Source: Styela clava (Eukaryota). Taken from it: a stretch of DNA of 64,000 nt. Below the pieces are notes generated by a model. That model did no database searches, had not been told where the DNA came from, and saw only the letters and a program-made list of their open reading frames with translations. The stretch spans positions 13,516,001-13,580,000 of the forward strand of contig NC_135262.1 in assembly GCF_964204865.1 (NCBI RefSeq), in the 5' to 3' direction. A program made the translations under genes and the position numbers. Shown here one piece after another: positions 52,801 through 64,000 of the stretch; position 1 is the first letter of the stretch, and each line of letters opens with the position of its first letter.

Positions 52801-53149
52801 ATTCATTCTCTGATTTGATTTTTTCTAAAACATTTCGATTAGAATACACGCACGGTACGAATAGATATGTACGGGTGTTTATCATGCACATTCAATACAC
52901 GAATACACTCTCGAGTTAAATGATTTCTACGTGTAGTAATATTGCTGATTTTTGGGAGATAACCCGCAATATGAACGAAGTAATTTTAAATTTCGAATAC
53001 GTAGCATTTGGAAAATGAAGAAAGTATATAGTTACTTGCCGTCAACCTTTTGTCGTTGAAAATTAGCGACTAAAAACTAAATTCGTTTTGAGTTGAATCT
53101 TTAATTTGATCTACTGGAATCGTGAAATTCTTGAATTGTTATTGCCTTT

Positions 53150-53280
53150 GGTTTCAAAATGGCGGTTGTATTAAAACCCGGTTCTTGATCATTCGACTTT
53201 GCACGTCGCGCACACACACGACGTCGGCGCATTCGTGCAGCACCGTCTGTAGCAAGCCTGGTTTGTCGAAATCGAGGGTA
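53150..53280 (+). promoter_or_regulatory. Candidate core promoter / first non-coding exon of the 1316-aa gene
   Basis: YY1 consensus AAAATGGCGG at 53156-53165; local CpG cluster 53200-53275; donor-like GAGG/GTAATA at about 53277; acceptor-like TTTTCAG at about 54086. Confidence 0.4.
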
Positions 53281-54135
53281 ATATAAAGGGCTGTTGGAAC
53301 GCACTAGTAATTTCTGTTTTTTATTTCCATGATATTATTAGTTTATGATTTGAATATTATGAGTGGGCCGTTAGGAATGAAATATGCGTTACGAGGCACA
53401 AAAACATATTTATATATCCCGTTTTTTCTTGGTGGAATTGAATCCCACCCGCACTAATTTTCTTTTTTTTTGTGGTAAAGGCTCATCATACCAATGTAGT
53501 GTAAATAAGTACACTTACTTTTGGAAGGGTGGTTTTTACAAAGTGTATTTAAGCGATTGGTGTTGAATGTTCGTTGTACATCAACGAGTTTTTGCTTTTA
53601 GTGACCACCCAAATAACCAGCGAGAATTTATTTAGGAAACAAAATGAGAGAATCGTCGCCATTTTATGACGAGTAATCTCGCATTTGTATGTGTGTGTGC
53701 TCATTCCTCTACTCTTGTGCATGGTGTAAGCCGCCTTCTCGATTCAACGTACTGAACAGTTTCGCTAGGCATAGTAGTGTAGCAGTTAAGTGAAAGAACT
53801 GGTTATTTAGTTCTTCACTACAAGGCACCTAAATATATGAAGTTGAAACCAAAGTGAATGCCTTGTTATGATATTAATCGTCGTTGTTGGTTAAAATGAG
53901 AAAACCTGCTTGGAAATTATTTTCAAGCGTTCGTGATCTGTGCAATAACAATTTCAATGAGTACCGTAATATTTGATGATTTAGTCTGAGTCAAATCTCT
54001 TTCAGAGCGTTAGCTTATATAGAGTTAATATTCCGAAGATATGTATTTGCGTATTACTTTTACACTATTCCGGAATTAATTTTCAGTTTTTAATAATGTA
54101 ATCGCCTGTAATTAAAAAGGGCATTGCTCAGACTC

Positions 54136-57100
54136 ATGGCATCTAATTTTGATTTGCCGGCAAATGGTTCTCAGATTTTACCGGCAAATGTTCGCACCGA
54201 TGACGGTAAATCGTCGCAATATGTTCTGTCAAAAACTAAAATGGCCGTCGGCAATGTTGCGAAAAGCAGTGAGGCTTCGTATTCAAATGTGAGGAGCAGT
54301 AATGCCTCTGTTTTATCACCGAGCAACAATATTACTTTGGATTTATCGATTCTGCTGAGTATGTGCGGGCCAGGCAATTTGTCGTATCCTATTGCGCCCA
54401 ACCCCGCGGGATCTATATTACCGTTTGGATTATTTCCATTTGGACTAGCTGTTCCTCGCGGCTCTGGTGTGAGAAATATTTTGGACCACACACCACTATC
54501 GACTATAGTGCCAGGATTATCATGTACACGGGAGAAAGCGTCCAATGCTAGTGCCGTACCTTCCTTTCATTCTTTACCGAATGCAAACAAAATGGCGGTG
54601 TCACACGTCAACACGCAGACGAAAAAAAGCAACTCTAAGGATGTCTCTGAAGGCGTTCAAAAATCAATGGCGCCGACTGGAATACGGGGAATGATAGTAA
54701 ACGATATGAGATATCCTCAAAGTACAGGACACCCCGTTGGCGGCGTGAAAAAGGTGGTGCATTCGAATACGCAAGGCAATATACAACGCATAAATACTGA
54801 ATTAAAAAATGCCACTGTTGCAAATGCTGAAAAATTATGTTTCAGAGACGCAGAGGCTGCAGCCATTTTGTTAGGTATGGCCAACTCCGGGCCAACAAGC
54901 TCAACACAGACATGTCAAAGTCAAAATAAAAGAATTAACCACGCCACCCGTTATCCTGTACCAACGAAGCGCAAATGCGTAATACCGCCCACTGTATTAA
55001 CAGGCGAAAAATTGATGAAAACGAAATCAATCGTTTTACCCAAAAGCAATAATATTTCAGTTTCAGAGCCTGGTATGGGGTTCCAAGCAAGTCCGAATTT
55101 ATATGCAACTACATACCTTAGTTCTCACTCTGTTTTTCGAACGCAATCGAATGAAATGACTGCAAAACCATCTTCGACATACAGATGCAGAGGTAATTCA
55201 ACGAAACCGGAATATGAACGAAAACAACAACAACCTGTCTCGTCCAAAAATATTTTAGATGAGTCATCATCTGAGAATGGGCGCCATTTTATTTGTCCAG
55301 TGCGGGTGAAATCCGACGCTCGTACATCGGTTGTTTCTCATTTACCATCATGTATATGTGCATTTGATAACCCATCTCAACTAAAACATGGAGCAACCAA
55401 TCATCGAGTAGATCCAACTGAGGCTCATTCACATCATCTTAATAATGGTGGATTCAATTTTAAAAAACTCATTTGCAAGAAGTTCAATCATTTACCCAAC
55501 CCGCCCGCAGGTGGGGAAGATTTCAATAGGGTTATGGAGCATAATGTTAGTATCCCTTCACACATTGTTACAGATACTACTACAGAGAGGAATCTTCCAT
55601 CTGAAATTACTCCAATTAAAGGGGTGAGCTGTGAAGGAAGTCACTCATGTTATAGGGTAACTTCCTCCAACGCATCTATTTCGCACAAGCAAACAGAATA
55701 TGATCAGACAAGGGCTGTACTGCAGCTGCATTTTGACGCCATGAAAAGGTCAAGTGGCAAACTGCCATGTGCGAATCAAACTCACCGCATACAAGTGAGT
55801 AATGACACAAGACCTACCTCCAACAAGGGTCAAGCAGGCGTATGCGAGTATTCCATCGTGCCTGCGTCGTCTCACATAAACACAATGTTGGCGACTAAGC
55901 CATTTCCGAGACCCACGCAGATCAAGGATGGTGAAGTTCGACAGAAACCTTCTTGCCTGCAAACTATTCACATGCCGAATTCAACACCATCTTTCAGTGA
56001 ACTTCGACAACAATCTGTAGAAATTGTTTCTAGTTCAACAGCGACAAAGCAACAGTCATATTTTTCCGAACAGCGCAAAAAATCTACACATTCGAAACTT
56101 CCCATTTCAAATCTTTATCGAATCCGAAAATCAGGAGTTGGAGGTTCAAACGAATCACTTCACTCCGTTAAATCTGGTCATGCGGACAGTGGTGACGAAT
56201 CAGATTCTAGTGGTTCAAGTTCTGACTCAGATTGTTCTCGAGATGATGATTTATACTCGAATTCTCCTGAAATGGGACTGACCATTCGTCGATCACCTTT
56301 TGTTCTTAGCAAGCCTAAATTCACTCTCGACAGATCGCAATCACCTCAAATTGAGGAAGCAACATCGACGTCCAACTCAATGGCTGAAATCCCCAAACTC
56401 CATGGCCATAGTTCAAAGGTCAACTTACGACGCCCTGTTTTCAACTTTAAGTCCGGTAGTTCTAACTTGCATGACAAATCTGGCACCCCTGAAAATAAAA
56501 ACCATACTATTAATATTCTTGAACTAAAGACCAGTGATGACGAAGGCGACCAGTCTTTCAAATCTAAATTTATCCGCGCTCTGGGAAATCCCGACCTGAA
56601 AGAAGGTCTGGCGGTCGATGGGAAATCTCTACGGGCTTTGGTGGGAGAAGCAAATTATTTTTATCATAATAATAAAAAATATGTTCTTAAACGAGGTTTA
56701 ACAAAATGTAAACCAAGGGACGGGTTCATTGCGGACGTGGCCGAAACAAATGGAAATCTTGTTTCAATTAAAAACATTAAAAATGTAAACAATCGTGAAG
56801 CGAATGAACGTTCGGTGCAACGTAACATTGAGCCACGAGTATCAGTCACCGCAACAAAGAAAAATGAACCGAAACTCGAGCCGAATAAGAAACATAGAAA
56901 GAAATCAAGAAAATCTAAAAGACCTGTAAATATTCTCTCCAGAACAACGCGATTTGAACAGCCAGAAGGTCGGATGGTTGATGGGATGTTTTCCGAGATT
57001 GAAGAGCTCCACAACAAGCGGCACAGGAGAACGCACGAAATCGATAAATTGATTTTTGAAGGAGCTGGTGGATCGACACCTTTACCTGACCTTGCTCTCA

Positions 57101-58086
57101 GAGATAGCGACGTTTTCTCCAATATAAAGCTCCGCCGACGTGAAGCAGCAAAACGTGGCATCGGTGAAGTTAAAGACGGCAAAAACGAAAGTTGTTCTAG
57201 GGGGCCGAAATCAGCTAAGCTAATAGACAGAAGGGAACAAATAAAAAGGGCCGCAAATGAAAGAGCTGTTTCTAACAAAAATCGCCGAATTTCGATAAAG
57301 AAAAAAATTCATAAAAATAAACTGAAACGACCGTTTTTTAACAAAAGACTGGTTGAAACTATGCGAAATCCGTGTGTACGTATTAACGCAGGTGTTAGCA
57401 AATCACAGCTGGACGATAAAACACACGAGTTTTTCAAAGTTACAGAAAATTCATTCACTGACCGCATCGAGGCTCATCGAAGCGAAGATATTATTTGCAC
57501 AGTCGTACCAGAAAGTAAACAGTCATTAGCCGACCAGGCACCGGACCGTAATGGACGCCATGATACAATAGCAGACGACGAACGAGTAGATAAGAATAAT
57601 TCTTTAAAAAACATACAATGCAATGTTAGGATCAAAGCCACGATCAGCAATGCAAAAAGAAAATCATTCACGAGTTCTAATGACGTTCCAGGCGGAAGTA
57701 ATTCTGTAGCCACGTATTGGAACAGCGACGACGTCCGTTCAAATAGCCCACCAATACCGAAACTTTCTCTGCGAAAACGCAGACAGTGTTCTGTCAAGCC
57801 TACTATTTCTATGGACATGAAAGTATCGCGAAGGAAATATAACAAAAGCTATTCCCTTTTTAATTTAGTTTCATGCTTTCCAACCTCGTCTGCCCTAACC
57901 TTGGACTCGGTATTTGGTGATTTAAAACCTAGCTTTTCTGTGAATAGAAAGTCGAGTGCAGGTCAAGCATGGAAAGTTGGTAAATGCGCAAAAGATTCGA
58001 AACAACATCTTCAGCGTGAACTTTGGCGAAATATGACGATTGATATGTTTTGCAATGGTAACAATTCCTGTATTAACACTAGTTAA
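54136..58086 (+). CDS. Uncharacterised single-exon ~1316-aa Ser/Lys-rich low-complexity protein, probably nuclear
   Basis: 3.95-kb uninterrupted ORF in AT-rich DNA; first ATG at 54136 (CTCATGG; the ORF-track start 54124 is a TTG); several basic NLS-like clusters (KKHRKKSRKSKR, KLSLRKRR), acidic Ser tract; no transposase or RT motifs. Confidence 0.88.
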   Translation: MASNFDLPANGSQILPANVRTDDGKSSQYVLSKTKMAVGNVAKSSEASYSNVRSSNASVLSPSNNITLDLSILLSMCGPGNLSYPIAPNPAGSILPFGLFPFGLAVPRGSGVRNILDHTPLSTIVPGLSCTREKASNASAVPSFHSLPNANKMAVSHVNTQTKKSNSKDVSEGVQKSMAPTGIRGMIVNDMRYPQSTGHPVGGVKKVVHSNTQGNIQRINTELKNATVANAEKLCFRDAEAAAILLGMANSGPTSSTQTCQSQNKRINHATRYPVPTKRKCVIPPTVLTGEKLMKTKSIVLPKSNNISVSEPGMGFQASPNLYATTYLSSHSVFRTQSNEMTAKPSSTYRCRGNSTKPEYERKQQQPVSSKNILDESSSENGRHFICPVRVKSDARTSVVSHLPSCICAFDNPSQLKHGATNHRVDPTEAHSHHLNNGGFNFKKLICKKFNHLPNPPAGGEDFNRVMEHNVSIPSHIVTDTTTERNLPSEITPIKGVSCEGSHSCYRVTSSNASISHKQTEYDQTRAVLQLHFDAMKRSSGKLPCANQTHRIQVSNDTRPTSNKGQAGVCEYSIVPASSHINTMLATKPFPRPTQIKDGEVRQKPSCLQTIHMPNSTPSFSELRQQSVEIVSSSTATKQQSYFSEQRKKSTHSKLPISNLYRIRKSGVGGSNESLHSVKSGHADSGDESDSSGSSSDSDCSRDDDLYSNSPEMGLTIRRSPFVLSKPKFTLDRSQSPQIEEATSTSNSMAEIPKLHGHSSKVNLRRPVFNFKSGSSNLHDKSGTPENKNHTINILELKTSDDEGDQSFKSKFIRALGNPDLKEGLAVDGKSLRALVGEANYFYHNNKKYVLKRGLTKCKPRDGFIADVAETNGNLVSIKNIKNVNNREANERSVQRNIEPRVSVTATKKNEPKLEPNKKHRKKSRKSKRPVNILSRTTRFEQPEGRMVDGMFSEIEELHNKRHRRTHEIDKLIFEGAGGSTPLPDLALRDSDVFSNIKLRRREAAKRGIGEVKDGKNESCSRGPKSAKLIDRREQIKRAANERAVSNKNRRISIKKKIHKNKLKRPFFNKRLVETMRNPCVRINAGVSKSQLDDKTHEFFKVTENSFTDRIEAHRSEDIICTVVPESKQSLADQAPDRNGRHDTIADDERVDKNNSLKNIQCNVRIKATISNAKRKSFTSSNDVPGGSNSVATYWNSDDVRSNSPPIPKLSLRKRRQCSVKPTISMDMKVSRRKYNKSYSLFNLVSCFPTSSALTLDSVFGDLKPSFSVNRKSSAGQAWKVGKCAKDSKQHLQRELWRNMTIDMFCNGNNSCINTS

Positions 58087-61000
58087 CCGCTACATATTTA
58101 CAATGTATAATACCATTTATTGCTTTATTCTTATTATTTCATTACTGCAATTTGTGTTTTGATGCGTTTTTTAGCCAATAACCAGCGCTTAAAATCAAAT
58201 TAAATTTCCATATGGTGGACTTTGAACAAAATTCGATGCAATCACGAAGAATCCTTGATAGCGAGGTTTCTGAGCGGGGTCGATAATTGTATTTTTGAAC
58301 ATTTATTTGATTTGCATAGACAACAAGCTTCGCATTATATGACTAACGTATATATTTCATACTTGGACCAATTAATACAAATAAGATCTCAAAGTATATG
58401 AAATACCACTCGCTATTGAAAATTTGTATTTAGGCCGTTTTCTGGTCATAATTGTGAAATACGCAAGTGTTATATCCGTACATTGCATGACAATACGTGC
58501 ATAATAGTATACATTTATATAATTGGAAGTCCATATTATTTTAACCAATTTATGTTGAATGCGAAACATTTATGTTGGATATTCCATTGAAGCTGTTTGT
58601 GGTGTTGTTACGCAATATAATATCTGTATTCAATGGATGGACAAATTAACGATGGATTAGTTTTTGATTCTATTCATTTGAAGCATCTTTTACCAACCCG
58701 TTCTCGAAAATATTTAAACTTTTATCTATATATTTTATTTCTGTGTTGTAAGCCTTTCACTTGATATCTATTTTAGCGAATATTTTTTGTAATGAGTGCA
58801 TTGACTTATAGATTAGATTAGGTTTATTGCAAATTGCGCACATATCTTGAAAATGACGTTGTTTTTTTATGTAAATCTGATATTATTGTGAAAAGAATGT
58901 TAATGGAATATTGCGATCGATATTGGGCCAACCAAAATGGTATTTCGTGAATTCAGAACTATGTATATGCTTACATATACGTGCTCTGAATACAGTCAAC
59001 ACGGCACATCTGACTTTACAATGTGTTGCCTGTATATGACAACATTTTTCAACTTGTGCTAAACCTTAATCTCACCACATATTTTCCTATTGAAACTATT
59101 AACACTCCCTGAGGTTTTTGCATGTTATAGGTTCAATTGAGTCCAAATTTTGGACATACGACATGTGAAACTATAATTATCCGTCTTGTTTGTAGTCCTA
59201 AGTTAAAGTTGTGATAACAGTACTTTTAGTACTGCTGGGGAACTACATTAGATCAATACTTGTATTATTACCAGAATGAGGGGCTCCCAGCAAATTGTAG
59301 TCCCAGAATATTGTAGTACTTATGCAAGAGTTGAGATGTTCAAATTGTCTAAGTGTCTTATCGAATATTTAAAATTATTTCGAAATAAATTGCAACTTAC
59401 TCATGTAAATTTGCCTAATATTATGATCGTGAGTGCAAACTAATCATTTTTTTTTGCAATGGCCATTATACATAACTGGGAAATACAAATCGGATGTCGT
59501 TACATTTTGTTGTTATTTTATCATATCAGTATCGATAGAATCAGTATGTATTGTTTGATAAAATTGTCAGATCATTGGTATGAACTATGCAAACGATAGT
59601 CAAAGTATCTATTTTTATATCACTCTGATCTATCTACCTACTACTACAACAGACTATATTCTCTCCAAGCCATTATGATCGACCGAATATAAATCATGTC
59701 TATTACTCAATCGTCTTACTTCACCAGTACGTACGTAGGATCTATTTACATAACGAGTTCAAGCTTATGGGCTATTTATATAATCCGCGTGAGCTATTAT
59801 AGAATTTGAAAGCAATTTCTCCCGTTGTGAACCGTTCATGGCTAATCCTTATCAGCCCGTACCATCCGAATTGATTAGATTGAAATGCTATATGTTTTAC
59901 ATTCAAAATGAAAACCGTAGACAAGGACTGATAATGGCCGGACTTCATTGTTTACTTAATGATGTGAATAGTACTCGAAAAGAATTTTACGCTCGAAACA
60001 TTGAGTGTGGAGGTATATGCCGCCATTTAAAGTTGGCTACGCACTGCTACACTTGTATTTATCTCCTTTCAATGGGCATTTTGTGTTTCGTCGTACTATA
60101 TGACATGGTATGTTTTATCGTCAGTCTTGATTCTCGCGATGGGTGTTGATGAGTTTTTCGAAAAAATTTAACACAGGAAACCTATTCGAGCCGTTGACGT
60201 TTCTTATTTGAGTAAAAGTGCGGTTTCAATCATCTCAATCAGTGTGCATGTTAATTTATATATAATCCATTGCGGGTCGAGACGTTAGCCACCACAGATC
60301 TCGTCAAACGATTTCGACCTGTAGAACCGGAACACTCCATTCTTATATACGCCTGGTTTTAATTCCTTTTGCTTCGCAAAAATACAATTTCCTACTAACA
60401 ATTACTTTTGTTATTATGTTTATGAGGCAGAAATCATCACAATTCGCTTTAACATTTCAAAGCCATAATACCAATTCTTAAGAAGATTGTTGTTTTCTGT
60501 CGCAATATCCGCTTTGGTAATTTGTTATTTTGCGTTTTCCATTAGGCAATTTATCCGCTTCAAATGCGTAATAACGTGTTTTCCTACATGCCCGCTTTTG
60601 AAAATTTTGTTTATTATACTAATATTGTGCAGTTATTGTTGATATACAAACTATGCGGTCATGAGCTTGACAGATTTTTGTATAGGCGGTAGGCTCATCT
60701 ACCTTTTAACAGCATTCGTGTTTTAATGCCTGTGATTAGTGTAATTTGATCAATGAGTACATTTACTTTTTATTAAAATTTCAATGTCGCGTGCTCACTA
60801 TAATGCAATTTCATGGATTGTTTATTATTTTAGTGTTCCGTTCACCTGTTCATGTTTAAATACTGATCTATTGCATCGCGATTAAATTGAAATGTGTATC
60901 ACTGTATACAATGAATTTTATTTCTTGTATTGGGTCAGTGCAAGTAGAAATATCACATGACTTTTTAATCGAAAATTTAAAAATGATATAATTAGATCGT

Positions 61001-64000
61001 GATATCCTCTGAACCTACGAACTGTCATGAGCCGTGCTCATAACCTGTAGGGGCTGACTACATGAGTCGCGTATTTCATCATTTCATAACCACGAATTAT
61101 ACTAGAAAACAAATATAACTAACATTATGTCATTTATTCCGAAATTAAAGAATGAGTTCATTACCGAATGCTATCACATACATCTTGTCTTGCGTATATT
61201 GTCTAATTACATGAATCTCAGATTTCTTAATCTGAAACCCCCGTTCGATATGCAAATTGATTCTATTGAATATGATTTTGAACCAAGATTCAGGAAAACA
61301 TTCATGCTGGTTGAAAAAAAAATCAGTATTTCGTTCTTATATGCTGCATATACGTAGTATTTTTTAGAGAGCTGAACGTGGTGTACCCATGGTTTTGCGT
61401 TTATATAGGAATGCGTTTGAACTAAGATTAGAAGTTTCAGAATTTCGGTTTGACTCATGTCAATTCGAATTTTATTTGAGTCTATTTAAAACATACGCCT
61501 TTTTCACAATACAGGGATACAGTGCGTTCACTGTCACAATATTACGAGAAAACGTTTCGCAATATAAAAATTGTGTATCATAATCCTATCAATTGGGTGC
61601 AATTTCCTAAACAGGCAACATTTGGAGCAAAAATGCGACTCGATGATAAATGAGATGGTATTTTATAGGACGACATCTTAAAAATATTTGTTTTATTAAA
61701 ATTTCGTTAACGTTATAAGATCATGTTAGGGTGTTATCGGCCTGTCAACCCTGAACTTATATAGTCCAACCATGGCAGTGTAAATACTCTGTCTTTTTCA
61801 TTTTTATGTATTTAAACGGCTGCTTTTTGCGCGATCCCTAGCTTTGGAGTACCCTTGTGCACAGAAGTTTATTGGAAACGAAAACAATCTAAGGAAATTA
61901 ACAGTCCGAATTCAGCAATTTTCTGATATATTTAAATTGAGTTTGAACAAAACATTGTAAACACCATTTTGTTAACACTATAATAGCATGGGATTAGCTT
62001 AATCGGATTTACGCCTTGACAATATAATTGGAATTATTTATATTATTAATGGTGATTTATTCACATATGTCATTACACACTTTGCTGAAATATTTTGTTT
62101 AAAATGTATGATGACATTTGTCATTAAATAAATGTGTTTATGAGGTATATTTTTTAAATTGCCTCGACAATATTTGCATGCTGTTCAATGTTGTGTTTTC
62201 TGTGTTATTATAATATTTCACTCTTTTTTGCATTTCACGACGATTCGCTTTCATGCATTTTAATTTCTCAATATACAATAGGTGTCAGTTTGCACAATAT
62301 AGTATGATATTTTTCATTGTATCGGGTTTGGTATACAATCAAATTAAACCCTCGAGGCTGAACGGATTGTACTGTAATGTAGAATGTAGATCATACTTAC
62401 TTCATATTTCCATAGAATTTTATAAAGAAATTGATAGGAATATTTTCAATAACTAGAACAGTGTCGTGCGATAAAACAAAACGTTTATAGCACCCACTGC
62501 GAAAAAAAACTCTCACTCATATCAGTAACAGGTCAGTGAAAGAATATTTCATGGCTCATGGCCCGTAAATACTAGATTAATAGATTAGATTTTCTTGGGC
62601 AACGCGTTCGACCAAATTATGCTGACGTCACAGATTAAAGGTCATGGGTTGAGCCCCATGCACACTATTTCACCCAGGGCGTAAGAAATTGGGCCTACAA
62701 TTTTTGACAAATTTTTACAACGATACGGTTTTAATGTAATTATCCAAACAACAAACCAATAAGCACGTTCGTAATAACATAAGTAAATTGGTACACCAGG
62801 ATATGAATTGCCCAGAAAATGCAAATATTTCATATGGGACCCTCTAAGGGTAATAACTTTTTCAAATGGCTTAATATATTCTAGCTTGTACACTTTGGAC
62901 ATCCATTTATTTCATGTATTAATTTAGGATCATCCCCGTGTGACCTTTGACAGTAGCGTGTTTTTCGATGAGTTTAATTTTCAAAATGGCGATTATAATC
63001 AGCTCGTTCATCGAACTTAACGACAACATAAAAGACCCCCAGGCTAAAAGACTTGTAAGAATGCGAATTATTGGAGTACGTAGGCAAACCGCAAATTTCG
63101 CGTTAATGTGAAACTCAATCCGATACAGAATTGTATAATAGAATATGCTTGGACGCGCATAAATTTAAGAAAAGGCGGTCGCCTGCTCATAAACAGTGTT
63201 AGCGGAGACACGTAGCATAACATCTCGCTAATGTATGTACCTTGTAGCCGACGGTCTCATTCTAATAGTGTCGTCTTAAACAGATATTTTTCGCAGTTAC
63301 CACAGGTAAATTCATGCCAAATGTCACCGTATTTCGGGATTTTGACGTTATCAAAAATCTCGTAATAATGCACTCGCCAAGCCAAAATTAACCGCAACAC
63401 GTTGTTATTGCAAATATGCCAACCGAGGTAAAATGATATAAAATTGACAAAGCAATATTAAAATTGTCGATTCATAATTGACTTCATTGATCAGAAACAT
63501 TAGGCAGGTATTTAAATTACGAATCAAATCATTGATGTATTGAAATATTGTCATCATAGCAACACGCAGAAAATTGAAACCAACTTTTGACATAACCCAA
63601 AATAAAATATATGTTGAAAAAAAGTAATTTTAAAAATTTGGAATCTCACTATCGGCACTTATTTAGAATCACTCTAATTATACCTATATCTATAAAATAT
63701 ACCACTACACAAGAAAAACAACAAATAATAAAATATAGAGAACTTACTGAAGGTTTTAAAATTCTTCGAATATCTTATGGTCTACTTTTTCATGACAAAT
63801 AAAATACTTTGTGTTACGTTTTGCTTCTCGACAAATGAGGTTTTATAAATATTTGACAGCGTCGTTAATCGTAACTATATATTTGGACCATCCTAAAATT
63901 GGAATTCAAGTCAAGACTGATGAATTCTAAACATTTTCTTTATTCACGAATTATCAGACGAATTAAGCAACGTTTCGTCGTTTCCAGAATTAAAAATTAC

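Noticed and set aside
54171-57845. Antisense and alternate-frame ORFs (124, 204, 123 aa etc.) within the 1316-aa gene
   Set aside because: Shadow frames of a long coding exon.

Overview
AT-rich eukaryotic DNA with short GT-AG introns and many MITEs/SINEs. It looks like a marine invertebrate, plausibly an ascidian/tunicate (inference only). Left to right: (1) the 5' 14 coding exons of an INCENP-like gene on the minus strand, running off the window start; (2) a transposon-dense intergenic block at about 10-14 kb; (3) a complete 18-exon prolyl endopeptidase (PREP) gene, minus strand, head-to-head with (4) an intronless ubiquitin-S27a gene (RPS27A) with a 5'TOP tract; (5) an intronless MRPL20 CDS; (6) a full-length, very young Ty3/Gypsy (Mag-like) LTR retrotransposon with identical 278-bp LTRs, a 5-bp TSD, a tRNA-Leu PBS and two single-base frameshifts; (7) a possible small spliced orphan gene whose putative 3' end carries that insertion; (8) a transposon-poor ~16-kb domain around a single-exon ~1316-aa low-complexity protein. 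I found no clearly new biological system. The best leads are the orphan 1316-aa gene and its TE-depleted domain, the young Mag element, a cluster of apparent Tc1/pogo excision footprints, and a CpG-decay contrast suggesting mosaic gene-body methylation. All exon and repeat coordinates were read by eye.
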